DNA of 51,733 bases from Candidatus Pacearchaeota archaeon (lineage in GTDB: Archaea > Nanobdellota > Nanobdellia > Pacearchaeales > GW2011-AR1): contig JACPXY010000044.1 of the NCBI GenBank assembly GCA_016196285.1, positions 1 through 51,733 of the forward strand, in the 5' to 3' direction. A model generated the notes under the pieces. It ran no database searches, was not told where the DNA came from, and worked only from the letters and a program-made list of their open reading frames with translations. This document shows positions 7,888 to 15,054 of the stretch, piece by piece (position 1 is the first letter of the stretch; each line of letters begins with the position of its first letter). Position numbers and translations under genes: made by a program.

Positions 7888-8555
7888 TGGAAGAATTAAT
7901 AGAGAAGGAGAATGCTATATTTGATATCTTGAAGAAATTTTTAGATCTGGGGCTTGATTTTATAGTAATAGGGGGCTATGCTGTTTCTTCATTTAAGCAT
8001 AGATTCTCTGTTGATGCAGATATTGTTGTTAAATCTGAAGATCTTAAAAAGTTTGAAGAAATAACCGAAAAAAACGGATTTGAAAAAACTTCTGAAAGAA
8101 AACTTGAGAATGTTTATTCATCAAGGTTTGTTAGATATGAAAAGGGATTGATTAGCATAGATTTCTTGGTGGATGCTGTTGCTGCGCGCTTAACGGGAGC
8201 TTCATTCAGCTATAATTTGATATTAAATAATTCAATCAAAAGAAAGATAATAGGGATTGAAAAAGAAATTAATGCTAAAATCCCGATAAAGGAGCTGCTG
8301 ATTGCAATGAAGATTCACTCTGGAAGATTGACTGATTTCAGAGATATTGCTGCTTTGGCTAAAGATTCTGACTTGGAAAGGATAAAGGATTTTTTATTTA
8401 TTGGAGATTTGAAAATGCTAAATGAGAGCTTGAAGAAGCTTGGAGAAACTATAAAAGATAAAAATTTTGCAAACTCTTTCAAAGGAGTTTTTATAGAGAA
8501 GAAGTTTGATATCGACCTGAAGAAAGTTGAAGAAATAAGCAGGTTAAGGAACTAA
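7887..8555 (+). CDS. nucleotidyltransferase-fold protein, AbiEii/DUF2204-like putative toxin
   Basis: 222 aa. It has a Pol-beta-type NTase motif, VIGGYAVSSFKHRFSVDADIVV (GG...DxD), followed by a helical C-terminal half. Confidence 0.55.
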   Translation: MEELIEKENAIFDILKKFLDLGLDFIVIGGYAVSSFKHRFSVDADIVVKSEDLKKFEEITEKNGFEKTSERKLENVYSSRFVRYEKGLISIDFLVDAVAARLTGASFSYNLILNNSIKRKIIGIEKEINAKIPIKELLIAMKIHSGRLTDFRDIAALAKDSDLERIKDFLFIGDLKMLNESLKKLGETIKDKNFANSFKGVFIEKKFDIDLKKVEEISRLRN

Positions 8556-8694
8556 TCCTTATAGCTGAAAGAAGAATATCATTATCAGTAATACTATGAG
8601 ATTTACACTTATCAACTTATGACTTTTATTTTGTTATCTATTTTATATCGATGATTTAGAAATCTTACACATTTTACAATTTATACAATATAAC

Positions 8695-9417
8695 CTAACC
8701 CTTAACTTCCTTCCACTTATTGCCGATTTTCTTTGTAATTCTTTCCACCTTGCCATCCTTGATATGGTATATTGTTTTTGCATACTTTTCAGCTTTTTCT
8801 GAATCGTGGGTGATAAGTATAATTGTTTTTCCTTTTTTGTTGAATTCTTCAAGAAACTGCATCACTTTTTCTCCTGTTTTTGTGTCTAAATTTCCTGTCG
8901 GCTCGTCTGCCAGAATAATCTCGGGATTGTTTGCTAAGCTTCTTGCTATTGCAACTCTCTGCTGCTGGCCTCCTGAAAGTTGATTAGGATAGTGGTCTGC
9001 CCTGTCTTCTAATTCTACAAGTTTCAACAATTCCAGGGCTTTTTCCTCTCTTTCATCTTTTTCTGCTCCTTGGAAGAGCATGGGAAGTGCAACATTTTCC
9101 AAGGCGGTAAGATTTGGAATTAGATTGAAGCTTTGGAAGATGAATCCTATCTTCTTTCCTCTTACTTGCGCTATTTCTGACTCTGTTAGATGGGAAATGT
9201 CAATCCCGTCAAGAAAAATGCTTCCTGCTGAAGGCAAGTCTAGGCTTCCTGTGAGATTCATTGCCGTGCTTTTTCCTGAACCTGAAGGGCCCATTATTGC
9301 CATGAAATCTCCTTTTTCTATTTTAATGTCAATTCCATCTAATGCTTTTACTATTGTCTCTCCCATTTCATAATATCTCTTGACATTCTTTATGGCGATT
9401 ATCTCCTTTCCTTGCAT
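8695..9417 (-). CDS. ABC transporter ATP-binding protein, MacB/LolD type
   Basis: It has Walker [10 protein letters not shown], a Q-loop, [13 protein letters not shown], Walker [12 protein letters not shown] and H-loop ITHD. The ORF-track start is 9456. I prefer the ATG at 9417 ([12 protein letters not shown]), which lies 25-26 nt from the TATA at 9439..9446. Confidence 0.9.
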   Translation of the reverse strand: MQGKEIIAIKNVKRYYEMGETIVKALDGIDIKIEKGDFMAIMGPSGSGKSTAMNLTGSLDLPSAGSIFLDGIDISHLTESEIAQVRGKKIGFIFQSFNLIPNLTALENVALPMLFQGAEKDEREEKALELLKLVELEDRADHYPNQLSGGQQQRVAIARSLANNPEIILADEPTGNLDTKTGEKVMQFLEEFNKKGKTIILITHDSEKAEKYAKTIYHIKDGKVERITKKIGNKWKEVKG

Positions 9418-9438
9418 GGGAAAGCGTAATGGATAAGG

Positions 9439-9446
9439 TTTAAAAA
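9439..9446. promoter_or_regulatory. single shared TATA box (TTTAAAAA) serving two divergent leaderless genes
   Basis: The box centre is about 25.5 nt from the ATG at 9417 (minus strand) and about 25.5 nt from the ATG at 9468 (plus strand). The whole intergenic region is 50 bp. Confidence 0.6.
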
Positions 9447-9467
9447 GGTTCTTCATGAAATAACTAT

Positions 9468-9665
9468 ATGATAATTCCAGTCAGGTGTTTCGGATGCGGG
9501 AAGCCGGTAGGCCACTTATGGGAAGAGTATAAGAAGCGGGTTGATGCTGGCGAGGACGCTGGCAAGATTCTTGATGAATTTGGTCTTGAGCGGTATTGTT
9601 GCAGGGCCGCATTGCTTGGGCATGCAGATATGCTTCCTGAAATTACCAAGTTCAAGAAGTCTTAA
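9468..9665 (+). CDS. rpoN: DNA-directed RNA polymerase subunit N (Rpo10/RpoN)
   Basis: 65 aa. MIIPVRCFGCGKPVGHLWEEY...LGLERYCCRAALLGH is the canonical zinc-bundle Rpb10/RpoN sequence. Confidence 0.93.
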   Translation: MIIPVRCFGCGKPVGHLWEEYKKRVDAGEDAGKILDEFGLERYCCRAALLGHADMLPEITKFKKS

Positions 9666-9696
9666 GTACCCGCTATCTTCTTATTTAATCCTATAG

Positions 9697-10257
9697 TTAT
9701 GTCTTAAGACCGAGAACCAATTCAAGCTCTCGCGCTTGCACTATCTTATTACTTTGCCAGAAATCTTCAACTGAATTGAGTTCCCACCATCCGTGCAGGT
9801 GTGGTGTGACTATATTATTCGGCTTGTGGAACATGACCTTCCCTGGACTTAAAAGTTCTCCCCACCTTGACTTAAGACCTCGTACTTGCACAGGTTCACT
9901 GCCCTTGAAATTCCACTGATGCCTGCGCACAACATTCCGAATTGCAATATCTTGGATATGCGTTGCTGGGCCGGCTTGAATTAGATAATCGCAGCCTGAC
10001 TTGATGTCATCATGAGAATAATCATAAACTTCTGAAGCAGTAGTAATAAGCTCTCTCCATATCTCAGGGCGCTTGAAAGAATCATTCCAATAGCTTCGCT
10101 CGTAGTGTTTGCATGCTCTTTTGAATTCAAGCTTATTCTTTCCCCATATCCAGACAATGCGCCATTGATTCTTGCCGAAGCGCGCATCATACCCTTCATA
10201 TCTTGCATCGCACTGCTTGCCGAACTGCCCTGGACTCTCTATATATTGCCAACCCAT
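9697..10257 (-). CDS. hypothetical protein, Trp-rich, no recognisable domain
   Basis: 186 aa with a long open frame and coding-like composition. I could not identify any motif (contains ...ATHIQDIAIRNVVRRHQW..., ...HLHGWWELNSVEDFW...). Confidence 0.55.
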   Translation of the reverse strand: MGWQYIESPGQFGKQCDARYEGYDARFGKNQWRIVWIWGKNKLEFKRACKHYERSYWNDSFKRPEIWRELITTASEVYDYSHDDIKSGCDYLIQAGPATHIQDIAIRNVVRRHQWNFKGSEPVQVRGLKSRWGELLSPGKVMFHKPNNIVTPHLHGWWELNSVEDFWQSNKIVQARELELVLGLKT

Positions 10258-10288
10258 GCTCTTCTTGACTGTACAGGGTTAAAAAAGA

Positions 10289-10543
10289 TTATTGTAGTCT
10301 AAATCTATTCTCATATCCACAATGCGCACAGATAACTGTCTTATGCTCTTTTGTGATGTGTATCTTTCCATGTAATGGTGATAAGCACTTCTTACAGAAG
10401 CTCTTGCGATACTGTGTGAGCTTAATTCTATGCCTCATGGCTATGCGCTTTGCCTTCTTAACCTGCTCGGAAGTAAATGATGATTGCGAGAAGAATTCAT
10501 TCAAATATATTTGTGCTTCTCTTTTTGTCAGCTCTTTCTTCAT
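10289..10543 (-). CDS. rnp4: RNase P protein component 4 (Rpp21/Rnp4)
   Basis: 84 aa. It has a basic helical N-terminus (AKRIAMRHRIKL) followed by a zinc ribbon, CKKCLSPL...VICAHCGYENRF. Confidence 0.85.
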   Translation of the reverse strand: MKKELTKREAQIYLNEFFSQSSFTSEQVKKAKRIAMRHRIKLTQYRKSFCKKCLSPLHGKIHITKEHKTVICAHCGYENRFRLQ

Positions 10544-10604
10544 TGATAATAAGATATATTTAAATTATATAAACTGCGCTATTGTTGTCTTCATAGAATA
10601 TGAC

Positions 10605-10718
10605 GAAGACAGCATCGGAGCTTCGCTTCTGGTGGGAAACTACCACACCCGACGTAGCCAGCTTGACTTCTGTGTTCGGAATGGGAACAGGTATTTCCTG
10701 GCTACTATGGCCGTCTTC
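10605..10718 (-). rRNA. 5S ribosomal RNA (stand-alone)
   Basis: The minus strand reads gaagacggccatagtagccaggaaatacctgttcccattccgaacacagaagtcaagctggctacgtcgggtgtggtagtttcccaccagaagcgaagctccgatgctgtcttc. It contains the universal CCCATTCCGAACAC-GAAGT-AAGC core. The ends pair as helix I (gaagacggc / gctgtcttc). A TATA (tttatata) lies about 24 nt upstream. The boundaries are good to a few nt. The 77-aa ORF at 10560..10793 is an artefact of this gene. Confidence 0.85.
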
Positions 10719-10761
10719 AAAAACTGTGAGAAAAAGAGGTATATAAAGCTTTCTTAAAAAC

Positions 10762-10797
10762 AACTGTGTTGCATGATTCTTAAAAAGCAACACAGTT
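10762..10797. other. perfect 11-bp inverted repeat (AACTGTGTTGC ... GCAACACAGTT) with a 14-nt spacer between divergent promoters
   Basis: Read directly from the sequence. It lies between the 5S promoter and the TATA of the kinase gene. The function is unknown. Confidence 0.5.
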
Positions 10798-10849
10798 CTG
10801 AAAACTGAGTGTATACAAATGTTTAAAATATAATCCCTAAAGTATACTT

Positions 10850-11824
10850 ATGGATAAAATAAGATATGCGCAAATAATCAGAGAATTCAGTGGTAAAAAT
10901 GTCGCTGTGGTAGGAGATGTATTATTGGACCATTACCTCTATGGAGATGCGAGCAGAGCCAATCCTGAGATGCCTGGCTCACCTCTCTTGAGAGTTACTG
11001 CGGAAGACTATCGGCTTGGAGGAGCAGGAAATGTCGCGGCAAATATCGCTGCACTAGGGGGGAAGGCCATCTTATATGGGGTCCGGGGAGCTGACCATGC
11101 GGGAGAGATACTCTCAGGTCTCTGCACCGAGCGAGGCCTTGCTTATTCTCTCATTCCTCTTAGAGATAAGACTCTTGTGAAACAACGGCTCATAGAGCGC
11201 GAGCATAATAACTATCTTGCACGAGTTGACTTTGGAGAGCAGACTGTAACTTCCTTGAGCAAAGATGATGAAGACGAGTTCTTTGGGATGATTGCAGATG
11301 AAGCATTTGACGCTCTTGTCCTATCTGATTATAATAAGGGGATGCTGCTTGGCGGTCTCGGTCAAAGAGTACTTGATCTTGCCGCTGCACGGGGAAAGAT
11401 AAGCATTGTGGACCCAAAGCCGATGAATGCTTATCTCTTCAGGCGAGCAACCGTCATTAGACCAAATCTGAGAGAGGCAATGCAGATTGTAGGAAGCACG
11501 TACCGCGATACAGAATCGATTGCTCGAAGGTTACAGGAGATAACTGAAAGTCGATATTCAGTGATCAGCTGCGGAGCTGAGGGGATTGTATTGTATGATG
11601 GTGGTTTCCATTCTATCCCGACGCATGCTGTTGAGGTCTCTGATGTAACTGGCGCAGGAGATACGGTTGCAGGAACCCTTGCTCTTGGGTTAGCAAGTGG
11701 AGCATACATCATTGATGCTGTAACAATCGCAAATTGCGCTGCAGGCATCGTTGTTGAAAAACGAGGAACTGCAACAACGAGTCAAGCAGAACTGAGTGAG
11801 AGAATCATTCGAGATATTCAATAA
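10850..11824 (+). CDS. PfkB-family sugar kinase resembling D-glycero-beta-D-manno-heptose-7-phosphate kinase (RfaE/HldE domain I)
   Basis: 324 aa. VAVVGDVLLDHYLYGDASRANPEMPGSPLLRV...RLGGAGNVAANIAALGG matches the HldE kinase-domain N-terminus. The C-terminal DVTGAGDTV is the PfkB signature. Confidence 0.75.
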   Translation: MDKIRYAQIIREFSGKNVAVVGDVLLDHYLYGDASRANPEMPGSPLLRVTAEDYRLGGAGNVAANIAALGGKAILYGVRGADHAGEILSGLCTERGLAYSLIPLRDKTLVKQRLIEREHNNYLARVDFGEQTVTSLSKDDEDEFFGMIADEAFDALVLSDYNKGMLLGGLGQRVLDLAAARGKISIVDPKPMNAYLFRRATVIRPNLREAMQIVGSTYRDTESIARRLQEITESRYSVISCGAEGIVLYDGGFHSIPTHAVEVSDVTGAGDTVAGTLALGLASGAYIIDAVTIANCAAGIVVEKRGTATTSQAELSERIIRDIQ

Positions 11825-11833
11825 CCTGTCTGT

Positions 11834-12070
11834 TCAACTCGTTGTAGTGCAATCTCTGCTGATTCCGCTATCTCGGGAATGGGATGTCTCGCCGAGCGAG
11901 AAGGCGAACTCATGCCTTACTATGGGGCTTGGATCGGTAAGTAAGCCTTTCCCTAGAATACTGCAGGATTCATCATCCGACTGATTCTTAAGGTGAAATG
12001 CAGTCTGAATTCTTGACTCTTGATTATGATTCTTTGTGTCAAATGCAATAGTCTTCCAATTCTGCTCCAT
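11834..12070 (-). CDS. HEAT/PBS-lyase-type repeat mini-protein (about 1.5 repeats), possibly a gene remnant
   Basis: 78 aa. LLTDPSPIVRHEFAFSLGETS is a HEAT-like repeat with a His-Glu pair, as in deoxyhypusine-hydroxylase-type repeats. It starts 9 nt downstream of the preceding gene. Confidence 0.35.
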   Translation of the reverse strand: MEQNWKTIAFDTKNHNQESRIQTAFHLKNQSDDESCSILGKGLLTDPSPIVRHEFAFSLGETSHSRDSGISRDCTTTS

Positions 12071-12079
12071 GTATCTGAT

Positions 12080-12826
12080 TTATACAGATTGTTTAAAATC
12101 TTTTTGCTGGATCATCTCAAGCAAAGCATCATAAAATGCAACGTTCAGTTCAAGATCAACGAACTGCCATCTGAAAAGCTCTTCTATGTCTGGACCACTC
12201 TGACAGGCATTATAACATAGATCCATCAACTCTCTGGAATGCTCAATGTCAGCTTCTATGTGAACCGGGAAATATTCTAGAGAGTCTTTTGGTGCAAATC
12301 TCTGCAAGGCCATGTAGAAGGGAGGGAACTCCCTCGGACAAATCAGCTCTTCACTCGCCATCATACCCAACGACATTAACGGATTGCATGATGAAGCCGC
12401 GAAGATGAGCATGTCGCAGATAAGCCGCGTAGAATCAGTCAGAGAGGCAGCAGCGTATTCATCTTCAGAGATATCTAGAGCGTGAAGGGCGCTCATGAAC
12501 AAAGCAAAATGCTCTTTCTGTGGATTGCCCTTCCCCATCTCATCGTCCAGATTTTCTGCCAGCGCATGATTCTCTCCTATACAGGGATTGGCAAGCATTC
12601 TTTGCAAGATGGTTACAAATGCCTGATCAATCCTTCCTGCCTGAATCGCCCATCTGCTCAAGACTTCCTTTGTCGGATTGTCTTTGATAATGCTAAAGAA
12701 CGGATGTTTCCATAGTCGATGATTGTTCATATTTCCTATAAATCGCTCTTGGAACTGTTCCTTACTCATCATTTTAACAGAATCCCTAGAGGATTCTTCT
12801 GCTTCTCGATGTTCTTTATATGTCAT
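12080..12826 (-). CDS. heme-oxygenase-like di-iron oxidase family protein (CADD/PqqC/TenA-like, 'iron-containing redox enzyme')
   Basis: 248 aa. HRLWKHPFF, ENLDDEMGKGNPQKEHFALF and FPVHIEADIEHSREL fit the helical E/H ligand pattern of this family. Confidence 0.65.
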   Translation of the reverse strand: MTYKEHREAEESSRDSVKMMSKEQFQERFIGNMNNHRLWKHPFFSIIKDNPTKEVLSRWAIQAGRIDQAFVTILQRMLANPCIGENHALAENLDDEMGKGNPQKEHFALFMSALHALDISEDEYAAASLTDSTRLICDMLIFAASSCNPLMSLGMMASEELICPREFPPFYMALQRFAPKDSLEYFPVHIEADIEHSRELMDLCYNACQSGPDIEELFRWQFVDLELNVAFYDALLEMIQQKDFKQSV

Positions 12827-12896
12827 GAAAACGGAGTGTTTAAATAGTATATTAACTTAATGTATAATAATATACAAAATATATTAAAAATGTAAA

Positions 12897-13604
12897 ATGG
12901 TAACTATTGCGAGAGTAGTCGAACGATATATCGAGGAGCATCCTTTTATCCACGATGCGCTCAGTCGAGGCATCATCAACAATGCGGCGCTTGCGAATGA
13001 GCTGCTCCCCCGCCTCAAGAGGGAACTGAGAGTCACACCCACATTCTCAGCAGTCAACATGGCTCTACGAAGATACGGGGAGAAGGCGAAAACGCGATTT
13101 GCCGAGAAGGTATTATTTGATGAGCGCTGCGCTATTACCCTTCAAACTGATTTGATTGAGATTGTTTTATACAAGGAAGAGCATGTTCAGGGCTACATCA
13201 GAGAGCTACATGCAAAAGTAAAGATTCGAGAGGGAGGCATTCTAACAATAACTCAGGGTTTTCATGAGATCATGGTGATTACCAACAGAAGGTATGAAAA
13301 GGAAGTACTTGCGCTTATTCCTTCCAAATACATTAAGAAGTTCGTAAAGAACTTGAGCAGCGTCACGATAACGCTTCCTGAAGAAGGAATACACGGCATT
13401 GGCCTGTTTTACACAGCAACGCGAAGCTTGAATTGGGAGAACATCAATATCATAGATATTGTCTCAACTCTAACAGAGATGACCTTCATAATAAAGAAAG
13501 AAGATTCTACAAAGGCGCTTGAGTCGCTTCAAGACCTTATTGAAAGCCAGCGCGCGTTTTTGCTAAGTAGAAATACAGGCAAAAATGCAAAAGAGAATAT
13601 TTAA
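12897..13604 (+). CDS. hypothetical protein (possible N-terminal helical/HTH part plus ACT-like C-terminal halves)
   Basis: 235 aa with a clean ORF. Domain assignment is weak (GILTITQGFHEIMVITN, IDIVSTLTEMTFIIKKED resemble ACT strands). Confidence 0.5.
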   Translation: MVTIARVVERYIEEHPFIHDALSRGIINNAALANELLPRLKRELRVTPTFSAVNMALRRYGEKAKTRFAEKVLFDERCAITLQTDLIEIVLYKEEHVQGYIRELHAKVKIREGGILTITQGFHEIMVITNRRYEKEVLALIPSKYIKKFVKNLSSVTITLPEEGIHGIGLFYTATRSLNWENINIIDIVSTLTEMTFIIKKEDSTKALESLQDLIESQRAFLLSRNTGKNAKENI

Positions 13605-13630
13605 AACTGTGCTTCGTTGATGAAGGACAT

Positions 13631-13714
13631 GCAGGAGTAGCGAAGTGGTCAAACGCGAGGGACTCAAGATCCCTTCCCTTAGTGGGTTCAGAGGTTCGAA
13701 TCCTCTCTCCTGCA
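13631..13714 (+). tRNA. tRNA-Leu (anticodon CAA), class II with long variable arm, no encoded CCA
   Basis: The manual fold gives acceptor GCAGGAG/CTCCTGC, D arm GCG-AAGTGGTCAAA-CGC, anticodon arm AGGGA-CTCAAGA-TCCCT, variable arm CCC-TTAGT-GGG and T arm AGAGG-TTCGAAT-CCTCT. A TATA (atttaaaa) lies about 24 nt upstream. Confidence 0.9.
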
Positions 13715-13780
13715 TCCCTGAAGGTATCTTCTTGATTTTATCTTCACACTGCTTAAAACGAGAAGGATTGTAGAAATGGA

Positions 13781-14647
13781 ATGAAGGTTGGGGTGGTTGG
13801 ATATGGTGTTGTTGGATCTGCAACTGGAACGGTGCTAGGTCAGATACATGATATCATTCCCTATGATCGGTACAAATCAGGTCTGCAAGATACGCTTGGA
13901 CGTCTGGCAAGCGAAGCAGAAGTAACTTTTATCTGCGTTCCGACACCTATGAGGGCAAATGGTTCAATGGACTACTCAGCCATACGAGCCTCGCTGGAAT
14001 CCTTGCTTCATGAAGTTATGAAATGTGGTAGAGATCCTGAGAGTCTTATTGCTGTTGTGCGTTCGACGGCAGTCTCGGGAACGACTGATTACTTTGCACA
14101 ACACTTCCCGTTTCGATTCGCTTTTAGTCCAGAGTTCTTGAGAGAGAAACATGCTGAAACAGATATGCGAAGCACAAGCAGAGTTATTATCGGGGCAAAT
14201 AGGAAGGATGTGCATACTGCATTGGTTGCCCTTTATCAAGCAGTCTTTCCTGAAGCGCATTATATCTGTGTTGATATAAAGACAGCTGAAATGATAAAAT
14301 ATGCTGCAAATATCGCCTTGGCAGGACAGATAGCCATTGCGAATGAGCTCTGTCGAATATGTGCTGCACTCGATATCGACTATGCACAAGTCAAGACAGC
14401 AATACAGCTTGATGAGCGGATAGGAAGAAACATGGATGTGCCTGGACATGACGGCAAACTCGGATTTGGAGGAAAATGTTTCCCGAAGGATTTGCGAGGA
14501 TTGATTGCGCTCGCCCGCGATAATCACCTAGAACCAAATCTGCTTAATGAAATCTGGAGAAGCAATCTTGATGTGAGAAAAGAACAGGATTGGCTTGAGA
14601 TCTGCGGAGCCACCACTGAAAACAATTTTGACAATCAGAGGGTTTAA
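13781..14647 (+). CDS. nucleotide-sugar dehydrogenase (UDP-glucose/GDP-mannose dehydrogenase family, short form)
   Basis: 288 aa. Contains MKVGVVGYGVVGSA (Rossmann), FICVPTP, PEFLREKHA and the catalytic-Cys context GFGGKCFPKD. Confidence 0.85.
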   Translation: MKVGVVGYGVVGSATGTVLGQIHDIIPYDRYKSGLQDTLGRLASEAEVTFICVPTPMRANGSMDYSAIRASLESLLHEVMKCGRDPESLIAVVRSTAVSGTTDYFAQHFPFRFAFSPEFLREKHAETDMRSTSRVIIGANRKDVHTALVALYQAVFPEAHYICVDIKTAEMIKYAANIALAGQIAIANELCRICAALDIDYAQVKTAIQLDERIGRNMDVPGHDGKLGFGGKCFPKDLRGLIALARDNHLEPNLLNEIWRSNLDVRKEQDWLEICGATTENNFDNQRV

Positions 14648-14673
14648 AATCGCTTGAAGCATTACGCCCACAT

Positions 14674-14748
14674 GCTCTCGTGGCGCAGCCCGGATAGCGC
14701 AGTGGGATCCTAACCCAAAGGTCGAAGGTTCAAATCCTTCCGAGAGCG
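14674..14748 (+). tRNA. tRNA-Arg (anticodon CCT)
   Basis: The manual fold gives acceptor GCTCTCG/CGAGAGC, D arm GCGC-AGCCCGGATA-GCGC, anticodon arm (G)TGGG-ATCCTAA-CCCA(A), T arm GAAGG-TTCAAAT-CCTTC and discriminator G. A TATA (tttaaaat) lies about 24 nt upstream. The A at position 32 and a G-A pair at the top of the anticodon stem are slightly unusual. Confidence 0.8.
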
Positions 14749-14784
14749 TTCTTTCAGTAAGATTTTTAAGTTAATAAGAGAGAG

Positions 14785-14994
14785 ATGTATATGAGAAATT
14801 TTATAGCCCATCTTGAGATTTTCTATTTTATTGGACTATACCAATTTAAAGATGAAATTTATGAAATTATCGACCAAAGAGAAGTGACTGAATTACGACC
14901 CTTGCAGCCAAAGAATTTTGCACTTGAAGAGAAGGCAGGAATTGATGCTTTACTTTCAACTGTATCTGATATTGAACAGAAAAGAGGGCGATAA
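14785..14994 (+). CDS. hypothetical small protein (69 aa)
   Basis: An ORF with a TATA-like atttttaag about 20-25 nt upstream. There is no homology signal. It lies directly upstream of the nucleotidyltransferase gene. Confidence 0.3.
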   Translation: MYMRNFIAHLEIFYFIGLYQFKDEIYEIIDQREVTELRPLQPKNFALEEKAGIDALLSTVSDIEQKRGR

Positions 14995-15020
14995 CAAGCT
15001 TTAAAACTGCCAATAGAATA

Positions 15021-15048
15021 ATTAAATTAATCGCGCGATTAATTTAAT
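15021..15048. promoter_or_regulatory. 28-bp perfect palindrome ATTAAATTAATCGC|GCGATTAATTTAAT
   Basis: It lies between a TATA-like ctttaaaac (about 14999..15006) and the ATG at 15055, so it covers the predicted transcription start. This is a likely operator. Confidence 0.6.
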
Positions 15049-15054
15049 GGCAGA

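Noticed and set aside
10560-10793. 77-aa ORF on the minus strand
   Set aside because: It is the translation of a 5S rRNA gene (10605..10718) plus its promoter region. It is not a protein.
13563-13823. 86-aa minus-strand ORF
   Set aside because: It runs antisense through tRNA-Leu (13631..13714) and the start of the sugar dehydrogenase gene. It has no promoter or homology support.
13631-14748. tRNA introns, split tRNAs or an encoded CCA
   Set aside because: Both tRNAs fold as continuous cloverleaves of normal length (84 and 75 nt). Neither has an insert in the anticodon loop, and neither is followed by CCA.
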